A stretch of DNA of 64,000 bases from Pseudomonadota bacterium. GTDB taxonomy: Bacteria > Desulfobacterota > Desulfobacteria > Desulfobacterales > Desulfosarcinaceae. Positions 10,398-20,028 of the stretch are shown in pieces. A program made the position numbers and the translations under genes. The stretch is taken from the NCBI GenBank assembly GCA_023435265.1, contig JAEYRZ010000180.1, positions 10,439-74,438 of the forward strand, in the 5' to 3' direction. The stretch's first letter is position 1. Each line of letters begins with the position of its first letter. A model generated the notes under the pieces. That model worked only from the letters and a program-made list of their open reading frames with translations. It ran no database searches and was not told where the DNA came from.

Positions 10398-11230
10398 TTT
10401 TTTACGGGGATGAAGCCGCCCGCGGAGACAAGCGTCTGCCCTTCGGGAGTAAACAGAAAGTCGATGAATTTGCGGGTGAGCCCCGTGGGATCGCCTTTGG
10501 TGTTGCTGAAGAGTCCGCGCGCGATAGTATATCGTCCGTCTTTAACGGTTTCCACGGATGGCGTCACGCCCTCGACGGCCACCGCGGCAACGCCGGAGTC
10601 GATATGGCCGACCGAGACGTAGCCGATGGCGGCAGGATCCTGGGCCACCGCCGTCTTCATGGCGCCGTTGGAAACCACCACATTGGCGCCGGCGGCAATC
10701 GCGCCTTTGTTAAGGCCTTTCTCCCAGAACACTTCTCGGGTGCCGCTGGCCTCGTCTCGGGTATACAGCGAAATCCGGGCATCTTCTCCGCCGACCGCCT
10801 TCCAGTTGTCGATCGTGCCGGCGAAGATGGCGCTCAACTGTTCGCCGTTCAGGGAACGAACAGGATTCTTGGGATTCACCACAACGGCCACGCCGTCGAC
10901 GGCCCACTGGTGCAGCTTGAGGCCGTAGCGCGCGATCTCCGCTTCGGTCGGCCGGCGGCCCGAATTGCCGATCTCCACCAGTCCTTCACCCGCCTGCTTG
11001 ATGCCCACGCCGGAGCCGCCGCCGGCGATGGTGATTTGAATCTCCTGACAGGCGCTCATGATCTGCTGGGCGGCCGCCTTCATCACCGGGATGTGCGCGG
11101 TTCCGCCGGAAATCCGAATGGTCCCCTTTTCGCCTTTGAACGGTGCCAGCGCATCGCAAAAGGCCGGCCAGCACATGCCAAACAGCAGGAGACCGGCACC
11201 GAGCGTCCACAGAATCAGTTTTCGCTTCAT
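10394..11230 (-). CDS. pstS: phosphate-binding periplasmic protein (PBP-like-2 / PstS family)
   Basis: Start chosen at MKRKLILW (CAT 11228-11230), with AAGGAG upstream. Signal-like N-terminus. SGGTAHIP...GGGSGVGI and DEASGTREVF segments are typical of PstS-type binders. It is the first gene of the pst operon. Confidence 0.8.
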   Translation of the reverse strand: MKRKLILWTLGAGLLLFGMCWPAFCDALAPFKGEKGTIRISGGTAHIPVMKAAAQQIMSACQEIQITIAGGGSGVGIKQAGEGLVEIGNSGRRPTEAEIARYGLKLHQWAVDGVAVVVNPKNPVRSLNGEQLSAIFAGTIDNWKAVGGEDARISLYTRDEASGTREVFWEKGLNKGAIAAGANVVVSNGAMKTAVAQDPAAIGYVSVGHIDSGVAAVAVEGVTPSVETVKDGRYTIARGLFSNTKGDPTGLTRKFIDFLFTPEGQTLVSAGGFIPVKK

Positions 11231-11450
11231 CTCTGCACTCCTTCTCAGCGGTTGTGGCTGCTTTTTAGCCAATCCGCCGAGGCGTGTCTAATCGAATAAC
11301 CTGATGAAACAAGCGGAGTGCATTGAGTGAATCGATTCGAATTCCCGGCATCCGGACGATACACCGTCCAGAAAACCATTTCCGGTGAGAGCCCGGAGTT
11401 TTGACGTGCAAAACCATGCGTACCAGCTCACGAATGCCGTCGATACGCGT

Positions 11451-12389
11451 TCAATATGCTACCTGGTCGAGACCTTTGAGCCCCAGGATCTGTCTCGCTT
11501 CGGCTGGTGTGGCGGTGTCTACCCCAAGTTCGGCCGCGATACGCCTGAGCTTGGACACCTGCTCGCCGCTGCTTTTGGCCAGAACGCCTTTTTCAAGGTA
11601 TAAGTTATCTTCCAGGCCGACCCGCACATGTCCGCCCATGAGCAGGGCGTGGGTCGTCATGGCAAACTGGGCGCGCCCGGCGGCACACACCGACCACTCG
11701 AAATCGCCGATCTGCTTTCGGGCGGTCTGTACCAGATAGACCAGGTTTTCGATGGTCGCGGGTATGCCACCCAGAATTCCGAGAACAAACTGGAGGTAGA
11801 CCGGTGTTTTAATTTTTCCGGCCTCGATGAGGTGTGCCAGATTGTTGATCATGCCCACATCGTAAATCTCGAATTCCGGTTTGGTTCCGTTCCGGTACAT
11901 CAGATCGGCGAATTTATGCATGGTAGAAAAGGTGTTGGGAAAGATGAAGTCCTCGGTGCCTGCCAAGTAGGGTTCTTCCCAATCGTATTTCCACCTGCCG
12001 GCGAATTTCGGCACTGTGTGAAAAAGGGCGAAGTTGAGGGAGCCCGCATTGAGTGACGCCATTTCCGGTTTCAGGGTCGAGACGACTCGGGCGCGGTTCT
12101 CTACGGTGTCGCCGAGCCTGCCACCGGTGGTCACGCAGATGACGATATCGCAGCGGCGCTTGACTTCGGTGACGACTTCCTTGAAGACGCTCTGGTCCGC
12201 ATTCGGTCGCCCCGTCTGCGGGTCGCGGGCATGCAGGTGGGCAACGGCCCCACCGGCATCGTAAACACTCATGATGTCGGCGATCATCTGCAGAGGGGTG
12301 ATCGGCAGGTGGGGCGACATCGCCGGGGTGTGGATGGCTCCTGTAATTGCGGCAGTGATGATGGTTTTGCGGGTGGTTGTACGATCCAT
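11451..12389 (-). CDS. beta-keto acid cleavage enzyme family protein (BKACE / DUF849, 3-keto-5-aminohexanoate cleavage enzyme-like)
   Basis: ITAAITGAIHTP, HLHARDPQTGRP and VRVGLEDNLY are segments characteristic of BKACE TIM-barrel enzymes. Start chosen at MDRTTTRK (12389). Confidence 0.85.
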   Translation of the reverse strand: MDRTTTRKTIITAAITGAIHTPAMSPHLPITPLQMIADIMSVYDAGGAVAHLHARDPQTGRPNADQSVFKEVVTEVKRRCDIVICVTTGGRLGDTVENRARVVSTLKPEMASLNAGSLNFALFHTVPKFAGRWKYDWEEPYLAGTEDFIFPNTFSTMHKFADLMYRNGTKPEFEIYDVGMINNLAHLIEAGKIKTPVYLQFVLGILGGIPATIENLVYLVQTARKQIGDFEWSVCAAGRAQFAMTTHALLMGGHVRVGLEDNLYLEKGVLAKSSGEQVSKLRRIAAELGVDTATPAEARQILGLKGLDQVAY

Positions 12390-12470
12390 AGTATCGCGGC
12401 TCTCCAATTGCTTTGCTTGCGGTTTTCTGCCTTGACGCACGCTTCAACGGTTCTGGTTCTGGTTGAGCGA

Positions 12471-13433
12471 TCATTTTTGCATGTCGTGTCTGCCTTTGAA
12501 CGTTTGCGAAAAATCCGCAATCATCGCATCCAGATCGAAAGTGGGCGCCCATCCCCATTCCCTCCGGGCATTTGCGTCATCCAGATCGATTTTCGAAAGA
12601 TCGCCAAGCAAGGCGCTGATGCGGGTATCGACTTCAAAATCAAGGTCCGCATCCGGCAGGTGCTTTCGAATCCGATCGCATAAATCCTGCGCCGTGTAAT
12701 AAGGACGGCGGCCGTTTATATTGTAAACACGGGTTCGGATATTCTCGGGCGCTGCAAGATTCAGCATCCAGAGCGCACGAACCACGTCCTTGTAATATAT
12801 CGTGGGGCATCGAGTGGAAGGATCGACCGGAATTCGGTATGGATTGCCCTTGAGTGGTTCTTCAATGGCCCAGCAGTTGTAAATCGACATATGCGCCACC
12901 CGGCATCCCGGCGCTACCACTGACGGGATGCGCAATCCTCTGAAATCGATGCCATATCGACGGTTGTAGTAAAACCCCAACTGCTCGCTGAACGATTTGC
13001 AGATGCCGTAGATGCCGGTAGGGCGTTGGAGGCAGCGGTCGTCCACCGGCGCATTGAGGAGGTCCAGGCCGTATACGGCGATGCTGCTGCTATACATGAC
13101 CCGTTTCACTTTTTCAGTCCGGACGGCTTCTAAAACATTGATCGTGCCGAGGGCGTTCAAATGAATGGCATGTTCGGGATTTTCTTCCGAAGGCACGGAA
13201 AGTATGGCCCCCAGGTGAAATACGGTATCGATGCCGTGGTTCCGGATGGTTTCGACAAGGCATTTCCGTTCGGTAAAGCTTCCACAGACAAAATCGAAGG
13301 CACCCTCCAAACCCTGCAAGCGCAATTCTGGTGAAGCGATGTCCAGCAACACGGGGCGCTGGCCCTGGGATATGAGCCAGCGAGCCAGCTCGGAACCTAA
13401 AAGCCCGCTGCCTCCTGTAATCAGAATTGTCAT
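12471..13433 (-). CDS. NAD-dependent epimerase/dehydratase-family (extended SDR) oxidoreductase
   Basis: N-terminal Rossmann motif ITGGSGLLGSEL and catalytic YGICK (YxxxK). Length is about 320 aa. Confidence 0.85.
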   Translation of the reverse strand: MTILITGGSGLLGSELARWLISQGQRPVLLDIASPELRLQGLEGAFDFVCGSFTERKCLVETIRNHGIDTVFHLGAILSVPSEENPEHAIHLNALGTINVLEAVRTEKVKRVMYSSSIAVYGLDLLNAPVDDRCLQRPTGIYGICKSFSEQLGFYYNRRYGIDFRGLRIPSVVAPGCRVAHMSIYNCWAIEEPLKGNPYRIPVDPSTRCPTIYYKDVVRALWMLNLAAPENIRTRVYNINGRRPYYTAQDLCDRIRKHLPDADLDFEVDTRISALLGDLSKIDLDDANARREWGWAPTFDLDAMIADFSQTFKGRHDMQK

Positions 13434-13449
13434 AGTCTCCTTCTTCCGG

Positions 13450-13485
13450 GTCTAGCAGGGCGAAGCCGGTCTTCCCCTGCTAGAC
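13450..13485 (-). other. intercistronic 11-bp perfect stem-loop between the SBP gene and the SDR gene
   Basis: GTCTAGCAGGG-N14-CCCTGCTAGAC. On the minus strand it sits directly upstream of the GAAGGAG RBS of the SDR gene. Confidence 0.6.
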
Positions 13486-13519
13486 CGTCTGGCATGATGT
13501 CGCTATCCTTAACTTCCGA

Positions 13520-14740
13520 TTATTTCGCAAACCCCGGACAACCCGTCTTGTCACACGGCACGTCGACTTCTGCAGCCGGTACCATGGTTGCCGGACCGAC
13601 GAAAGCATGTTTGAAGAATGGGTTCTTGGACACCATCTCCGCCGTCCATATCGGCTGCGAAACCTGGTGATCGCACGCCCGCATGGTCCAGGTGCCGGCG
13701 GGACCCTCATACGTCAGACCTTCCCAGGCCTTCCGGACGGCATCGACGTCGCTGGAACCGGCCTTCTTCACCGCTTCCGCCCACATGAAGGTGGCCATGG
13801 CGGCCTTGCCCCGCAGCCAGGTCGGGTAGTGCCCCTTGGCCTTCTTGTAGCCTTCGACAAATTCCTGGTTGGCCGCGCCGGGGATGCTCACCATGTATAC
13901 TTCGGCAGCCAGGCTGCCCAGAACGACTGAATCGTCATTGCCCAACTCGGTCATGGCATTCTCGTCGTTCAGAAAATAGCAGGCGAACTTGGTTTTAAGT
14001 CCAAGCGGTTTGGCTTGTTTTAACAGCAGGGTCAGGTCGCTGCCCCAGTTGGAAGTAAAGACCACGTCGGCGCCGGAATTGATGATCTGGCTGATATAAG
14101 GCGCGAAATCCTTGCTCCCCAGGGGATGCATGATCTGGGTGACGATTTGTGCGTCGGGGTTGAATTCCTTGAGCTTTTTGATGAACGCGTCCGTGGCCTC
14201 CTTACCAAAGGAGTAATCCTGGGCGATGCAGGCGACCTTTTTGAACCCTTTTTCGGCCACCCATTTGGCGATTGCGGCTGAATGGGTGTCCGTGCTGGAG
14301 CACACCCTGAAAAAATTCGGGCTGCATTTTTCACCGGTCAGACTGGCGGCCTCCATACCATAGGTGTAAAAGAGGAGTGAATGCTTCTGGGACAATGCTT
14401 CCAAGGCGCCCGCCACCGAGCTTCCAGTCCCGCCGCAGAAGTGTTTCACGTTTTCCGTCAAAATCAATTTGGTGGCTTTGGCAGTGGCGACTGCGGGTTT
14501 GAGTTCGCTGTCCACGGCAATGACTTCCAATTTTTGGCCGTTGATTCCGCCTTTGGCGTTTATCACCTCGGCAGCGTACTGGACCCCTTCCAGGTACCGG
14601 TCGCCGATATCTTTGAAAGTCCCCGACAAGGGCTCCATGACCGCCAGTTTAATGCTCTCCTCGGCCTGCACGCCTGCCGCCAGCGAAGCGACGACCAATG
14701 CCATGAATATCAAACACATTATCAAGCGCTTCTTGTTCAT
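13520..14740 (-). CDS. ABC transporter substrate-binding protein, branched-chain amino acid (LivK/type-1 PBP) family
   Basis: Signal peptide MNKKRLIMCLIFMALVVASLAAGVQA. Length about 400 aa. Adjacent to LivFGMH-type components. Confidence 0.9.
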   Translation of the reverse strand: MNKKRLIMCLIFMALVVASLAAGVQAEESIKLAVMEPLSGTFKDIGDRYLEGVQYAAEVINAKGGINGQKLEVIAVDSELKPAVATAKATKLILTENVKHFCGGTGSSVAGALEALSQKHSLLFYTYGMEAASLTGEKCSPNFFRVCSSTDTHSAAIAKWVAEKGFKKVACIAQDYSFGKEATDAFIKKLKEFNPDAQIVTQIMHPLGSKDFAPYISQIINSGADVVFTSNWGSDLTLLLKQAKPLGLKTKFACYFLNDENAMTELGNDDSVVLGSLAAEVYMVSIPGAANQEFVEGYKKAKGHYPTWLRGKAAMATFMWAEAVKKAGSSDVDAVRKAWEGLTYEGPAGTWTMRACDHQVSQPIWTAEMVSKNPFFKHAFVGPATMVPAAEVDVPCDKTGCPGFAK

Positions 14741-14839
14741 TGTTCTTTTCTCCTTTGTGGATGGGTTCCCTGCTTGGTGCTTCCTGCCAATTGAACATCT
14801 CTTGGTGAAATCCCGAACAATTCGGGCGGGTGTCCGAAG

Positions 14840-15550
14840 TTATACTTCGAGGTATTTGCGACGCACCGCCTCTGCGGCGACCAATTCCCGGCCGTCGCCC
14901 CTGAAAACGATGCGCCCCTTGGACATGATGAAAAACGCCCGAGCCAGCTTCAGGGCGGCCTTGTAATTCTGCTCCACGAGGAGAATGGCAATTCCTGTGG
15001 CGCTGATGGTGGCCAGCATCTCCAAGACCGCCTCCGCCACCAGCGGGGCCAGCCCCTCGGTGGGTTCATCCACCAGAATCAGGTCCGGATTGCCCAAGAG
15101 AGTCCTGGCGATGGTCAGCATCTGCTGCTCGCCGCCGGAAAGGTATCCACCCTTGAGGTTGCGACGCTCTTCCAGGCGGGGGAAGGATTTGAAGATGCGG
15201 TCGACGGTCCAGATTGGGCCTCCGCGGTCGTGCGAAGGTTTCTTCATGCCGATCAACAGATTCTCATGGACCGTCAGGCTTTTGAAAACGCGCCGTTCTT
15301 CGGGCACATAGCCGAGGCCGAGGCGGGCGATTTGATAGGGCTGATACCCCTGGATTTCTTCACTCTTAAAGTGGATGCTTCCCTGGGAGGGTTTGATCAA
15401 CCCCATGATGGATTTCAGGGTCGTCGACTTGCCCACGCCGTTGCGGCCCAGGAGGCACGCCATTTCGCCGGGGGCCAGGGCCAGGTCCACCCCTTGGAGA
15501 ATATGGCTTTTGTTGTAATAGCTATGCATGTTGCTGATGTTCAGTATCAT
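14840..15550 (-). CDS. ABC transporter ATP-binding protein (LivF-type)
   Basis: Walker A GRNGVGKST, signature LSGGEQQMLTIARTL, Walker B LVDEPTEGLAP. Confidence 0.9.
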   Translation of the reverse strand: MILNISNMHSYYNKSHILQGVDLALAPGEMACLLGRNGVGKSTTLKSIMGLIKPSQGSIHFKSEEIQGYQPYQIARLGLGYVPEERRVFKSLTVHENLLIGMKKPSHDRGGPIWTVDRIFKSFPRLEERRNLKGGYLSGGEQQMLTIARTLLGNPDLILVDEPTEGLAPLVAEAVLEMLATISATGIAILLVEQNYKAALKLARAFFIMSKGRIVFRGDGRELVAAEAVRRKYLEV

Positions 15551-16293
15551 TCTGTCGCCTCTCCCAGGTAGGCGTCCTTCACCCGTTGGTCGTTGCGGAT
15601 CATTTCGGGCGTATCACAGGCCAGGATCGTCCCGTAATGCAAAACCGCGATGCGATCGGCCAGGGAGAAAATGACGTTCATGTCGTGTTCGATGATCACG
15701 CAGGCGATCTGTTCGGTGACCCGCTGAATCATCGCGATGGCATCGTTGGTTTCCTGGCGGCTCATGCCGGCCGTGGGCTCATCCAGCAGAATCAGCCGGG
15801 GGGTCATGGAGAGGGTGACCCCCAGTTCCAGCGCCCGCTGCTGACCGTAGGCCAGATCCTGGGCCGGAATGTCGCGGTAGTCCAGCAAGCCGACCCGGTC
15901 GAGAATCGCTTCGCTGCGCTGAATCAATTCGCGGCTCTTGTGCGGGCATTTCAGAAGATGATGACGCAGTCCGGCATGGGAGCGCACACCGGCCAGCACA
16001 TTGTCGATGGCCGATAGTCGGTGAAAGATGTTGGTGATCTGAAAACTGCGCGCCATGCCCAATCGGGAGCGGCGGCAGGCCGAATCGCGTGAAACGTCCC
16101 GGCCGTCGAAGACCACGTTGCCGGAGGTTGCTGGAAACCTGCCGCTGATGATGTTGAACAGGGTGGTCTTGCCGGCGCCATTGGGGCCGATGATGGCGAA
16201 CTTCTCCGTCGGGCCCACCTCGAAGGTCACGCCGGTCAGAACCTTAAGGCCGTCAAAATGCTTTTTGACATCGTTTGCCTGTAAAATGACCAT
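15547..16293 (-). CDS. ABC transporter ATP-binding protein (LivG-type)
   Basis: Walker A GPNGAGKTT, signature LAYGQQRALEL, Walker B LLDEPTAGM. 4-nt overlap with the LivF-type gene. Confidence 0.9.
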   Translation of the reverse strand: MVILQANDVKKHFDGLKVLTGVTFEVGPTEKFAIIGPNGAGKTTLFNIISGRFPATSGNVVFDGRDVSRDSACRRSRLGMARSFQITNIFHRLSAIDNVLAGVRSHAGLRHHLLKCPHKSRELIQRSEAILDRVGLLDYRDIPAQDLAYGQQRALELGVTLSMTPRLILLDEPTAGMSRQETNDAIAMIQRVTEQIACVIIEHDMNVIFSLADRIAVLHYGTILACDTPEMIRNDQRVKDAYLGEATE

Positions 16294-16296
16294 GAT

Positions 16297-17292
16297 CTAA
16301 CTTTCTTTTTGCGGCAGTGCGGCAGGAGAAATGCGGCCGGCGACCCAGGTCCAGCCGGATTGGATCATGCCTGCCAGGCCGCTTGGCGTCCAAAGCACCA
16401 TGGCGATAAACAGCACGCCCATGATCAATGGCCAGCTATCGGTCAGGTCGCTGATGAAATTCTGGAAATAGGTGAAGAAAATGGCGCCGAGCACCGGACC
16501 GAAAAATTGGCCGATCCCGCCGATAAACGTCATCAGCAGGACCTTGGTGGTCATGGCGATGCTGATCGCATCGAGAGAAACGAAAGCGTGCAGGACCGCA
16601 TAGAAGGCCCCGGCCAGCCCCGCCAGGGAACCGCTCAAAACGAACAGAATCAGGCGCGAGACATGGGTGTTGTACCCCAGAAAACTCATTCGTTCTTCGT
16701 TTTCGCGGATCAACAGCACCGACTGACCCATGGCCGTTCGCGTAAAGTACCAGCAGAAGGCGATGGCCGACCCCACGATCACCAGGGTGACGAAGTACAT
16801 CGTCGGCCCGTCGCTCATATTCAGGCTGGCCCACCCGAGATCGATGTTCGGCACATTGACGATGGCGCCGTCGTCGCCCCCGGTGACGGAAGTCCATTTG
16901 ATGCCGATAGAGTAAAACAGGGCGTTGAAGGCCAGCGTCAACAGCGCAAACGGAGTGCCCTTGACCCGGAGCAGCAGGATGCCCAGGCCCAGGCCTACAA
17001 TGGCCGTAAGCACCGTGGCCATCAGGACGGCGAGGAGCAGTGGCAGTCCGGCGATGTGCTCCAGTGCCACCGCCACAGCGAAAGCGCCGACGCCGAAGAA
17101 CATGGCGTGTCCGAAAGAGAGCAGGCCGGCATACCCGAGCAGCATATTGTAGCTCACTGCGAAGAGGGATAAAATGAGGGCCTCGGTCAACAGGCGCAGA
17201 CTGTACCCGCCGAGCACCCAGGGCATGGCGATGAACACCCCCATAGCGAAGATCAGGAACAACCGACAGCGTGCGATTTGCCTGGCGACCAT
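16297..17292 (-). CDS. branched-chain amino acid ABC transporter permease (LivM-type)
   Basis: Polytopic 331-aa protein between the LivH-type and LivG-type genes. Confidence 0.85.
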   Translation of the reverse strand: MVARQIARCRLFLIFAMGVFIAMPWVLGGYSLRLLTEALILSLFAVSYNMLLGYAGLLSFGHAMFFGVGAFAVAVALEHIAGLPLLLAVLMATVLTAIVGLGLGILLLRVKGTPFALLTLAFNALFYSIGIKWTSVTGGDDGAIVNVPNIDLGWASLNMSDGPTMYFVTLVIVGSAIAFCWYFTRTAMGQSVLLIRENEERMSFLGYNTHVSRLILFVLSGSLAGLAGAFYAVLHAFVSLDAISIAMTTKVLLMTFIGGIGQFFGPVLGAIFFTYFQNFISDLTDSWPLIMGVLFIAMVLWTPSGLAGMIQSGWTWVAGRISPAALPQKES

Positions 17293-18152
17293 TATTGTTT
17301 TTCTCCCAATAGTCCTTCCGGTTTGATGACCAGGACGAGCGCCATCAGCAGATAGATCAACGCCAGCGAAAATTCGGGGAACCAGAGCACACCGAAGGAC
17401 TGGAGCTCGCCGATCACGAGCGAAGCCAATACTGCTCCGCCCAGGCTGCCCATGCCGCCCACCACGATAACCACGAAGGCATCGATCAGGATGGACTCCG
17501 CCATCCCCGGAAAAACGCTCAGCAGAGGCCCGGCAACCACCCCGGCGAAGGCTGACAGGGCTGCGCCCACCCCATAAACGGCCATGAAGAAAAAGGGGAC
17601 GTTGATACCCAGTGCGCCCACCATCTGACTATCGTCCACAGCGGCACGAACGATGATGCCGACCCGTGTCTTATACAGGATCAGCGCCATGGCGAGACCC
17701 ACGCAGACCGCCGCTCCGAAAACAAACAGCCGGTAAACCGGGTAGGTAAAGCCGAACAGGGTGACGGTATCTGTCAGAACGCCCGAGACCGTGATCGCCC
17801 GCGGCGCCGTTCCCCATATGAATTTCACGGCTTCCTGGATCAAGTAGGCCAGGCCGAACGTCAGCAGAAGTTCGTATACATGTCCGCCGGAATGGACTTT
17901 GCGCAGCAGGAACTTCTCGACGACCGATCCCAGCACGAGAAGCACCAGCGGGCTGATCACGAGGGCCAGCACGAAGCTGCCGCTGTACTGCATGATGGAG
18001 TATGCCGTATAGGCACCCAGCATATAAAAGGCGGCATGCGCGAAATTGAGTACGTTCATCATGCCGAAGACAATCGTAAGCCCTGATGAGACCAGAAACA
18101 ACAAGCCGGCATAGGCCAGGCCGTGCAGAAAAAAGACGAAGACTTCACTCAT
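17292..18152 (-). CDS. branched-chain amino acid ABC transporter permease (LivH-type)
   Basis: Start chosen at MSEVFVFFLHGLAYAG (CAT 18150-18152) inside track ORF 17292..18299. Polytopic. Confidence 0.85.
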   Translation of the reverse strand: MSEVFVFFLHGLAYAGLLFLVSSGLTIVFGMMNVLNFAHAAFYMLGAYTAYSIMQYSGSFVLALVISPLVLLVLGSVVEKFLLRKVHSGGHVYELLLTFGLAYLIQEAVKFIWGTAPRAITVSGVLTDTVTLFGFTYPVYRLFVFGAAVCVGLAMALILYKTRVGIIVRAAVDDSQMVGALGINVPFFFMAVYGVGAALSAFAGVVAGPLLSVFPGMAESILIDAFVVIVVGGMGSLGGAVLASLVIGELQSFGVLWFPEFSLALIYLLMALVLVIKPEGLLGEKQ

Positions 18153-18205
18153 ATCGGTTTTCCCCAGTATCCTGAAAGGTGCCGGCGGTGGCGCACCAAT
18201 GCGTA

Positions 18206-19162
18206 TTATAAGGGGTGTTTCGGATTCACTTGCGAGAGGATGCTCAGCAGCACGCTGTTCCGCTGCTCTACGACGCGCTTGCGCTTGTCCGGGGGCCAAT
18301 CGTGGAAACCGCGTCCGTTTTTGGCACCGGTTGCGCCTTGTTTAAGCTTTTCGGCTAAGAGGTGCGACGGTGTTGTCGAGCGATCGAGATGCTGGAGCAG
18401 GTTTGCCTGAACTTGGTAGGTGAGGTCCAAACCGGCCAGATCTGCGGTTTCCAGCGGTCCGAGAAACGCCAGGCGCAGGCCAAAGGCGCTTTTCACGACC
18501 GTGTCCACATCCTCGGCGCTGGCGATGCCATTTTCGACCAGTTTAATTGCTTCATGCCATAGAGCGTGCTGCATGCGGTTGCCTAAAAAGCCGGGGACAT
18601 CTTTTAGCACGCGCACAGGTGTTTTTCCTACCTGCCGCATAAAATGATAGACATTCTCGAAAACATCTTCGGCTGTCTGATCTGCCTTGATCACCTCGAC
18701 ACAGGGTATAATGTGAGGCGGGTTCCAGAAGTGGGTGCCCAAAACCCGTTCCGGGTGAAGCAATCCTTCGGCGATCCTGGATATTTGAATCGCCGAGGTA
18801 TTGCTGGCGAGAATCGTTCCGCAAGGCACCAATTGCTCCATTTCCGAAAAAACCAGACGCTTGAGCGCCAGGTTTTCGCTGACCGCTTCGATAATCAAAG
18901 CCCTGTCCCGGCACATATCTTCCATGCTGGCGGCTAAACGTATCCGCTTCAGGCACGGTTCAATCTCGTCGTCTTTCAGGAGCCCCGATCGTACAAAGAC
19001 GTCCAAATTGTTCCGAACGCGATCCAGGCAGGCGGACAGGGTTTTTTCATCATGGTCGAAAATTGCCACCTCGCAGCCCTTTACTGCGAATACCTGGGCG
19101 AGACCATGCCCCATCAGTCCTGCGCCTAAAATACCAATCCGCGTTCTTTCACCTGAAAGCAT
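18206..19162 (-). CDS. 3-hydroxyacyl-CoA dehydrogenase family protein (NAD-binding; L-carnitine dehydrogenase-like is possible)
   Basis: N-terminal Rossmann motif IGILGAGLMGHGLAQVF, and HFWNPP plus C-terminal domain segments typical of the 3HCDH family. Confidence 0.85.
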   Translation of the reverse strand: MLSGERTRIGILGAGLMGHGLAQVFAVKGCEVAIFDHDEKTLSACLDRVRNNLDVFVRSGLLKDDEIEPCLKRIRLAASMEDMCRDRALIIEAVSENLALKRLVFSEMEQLVPCGTILASNTSAIQISRIAEGLLHPERVLGTHFWNPPHIIPCVEVIKADQTAEDVFENVYHFMRQVGKTPVRVLKDVPGFLGNRMQHALWHEAIKLVENGIASAEDVDTVVKSAFGLRLAFLGPLETADLAGLDLTYQVQANLLQHLDRSTTPSHLLAEKLKQGATGAKNGRGFHDWPPDKRKRVVEQRNSVLLSILSQVNPKHPL

Positions 19163-19197
19163 TATGTCTTCCTCAACATGTCACCGGGCGATCCTGC

Positions 19198-19755
19198 TCA
19201 AGGCACGAAAATCACCATCACGCATTTTACATCCCGGTCGTCGGCCGGCCGCCCCAGATGAGGCACGCCGGAGTCGAAATACACACAGTCTCCGGTTTCC
19301 ACGATGTATTCATCTTCTCCATGCAAAAACCGCATTGTGCCCTCGATAACCAGCAGCATTTCTTCGCCTTCATGCTGGAATAACGATTTATGCACGGATT
19401 TCGATGGAATGGTGAGGATATAGGGTTCCATCCGCTTGCCGGGAAAATGGTGGGCAAGGCTTTCGTAGAAATAACCAAAAGCGGAACCACTTCGCGCAAT
19501 AAGCCTGCGCTCGCCCTTTCTGGTAACAGAACAGCGCACCGGAGCGCTCTCTTCTCCAAGAAGTTTGGACACCGTAACGCCCAAAGCCCTGGCAATAACG
19601 ATTAAAGTCGAAATCGGTGGTGCTTTGTCGGAATTTTCGACCTTGGACAGATAACCTTTCGTTATGCCGGCCTTGCGGGATAAGTCCAGCAAGGTAAGCT
19701 TCTGTGAGAGGCGAAGCGCTTTTATATTCGCTCCAATTTCATGCTCCGGTAACAT
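19198..19755 (-). CDS. XRE-family transcriptional regulator with C-terminal cupin domain
   Basis: Start chosen at MLPEHEIGANIKALR (19755). HTH segment LTLLDLSRKAGITKGYLSKVEN and cupin segment HEGEEMLLVIEGTMRF...GDCVYFDSGVPH. Confidence 0.85.
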   Translation of the reverse strand: MLPEHEIGANIKALRLSQKLTLLDLSRKAGITKGYLSKVENSDKAPPISTLIVIARALGVTVSKLLGEESAPVRCSVTRKGERRLIARSGSAFGYFYESLAHHFPGKRMEPYILTIPSKSVHKSLFQHEGEEMLLVIEGTMRFLHGEDEYIVETGDCVYFDSGVPHLGRPADDRDVKCVMVIFVP

Positions 19756-20028
19756 GGATACCTCTTGAGTAGATGCAGTTGGTACAACCCGACTGCGCGG
19801 ATTGAAATGGGCAACGAGTTTGGTTTCCTTTACAGAAACCTTATATCCAGGACCATTGTCGCGCCGGGCCATTTCCAATTTGCTGTTCGGTTCTATATAA
19901 TACCGCTGTTATTGTCGGTCCGCATTTCTGCTCGGGGCAAGCGACTCACGTTTTTCACAGCTGTTTCAATGCTCTTTGGAATTGCCTTCCGAGCGATTCT
20001 CCGAATCTTTGATAAATAAATTGGAATG

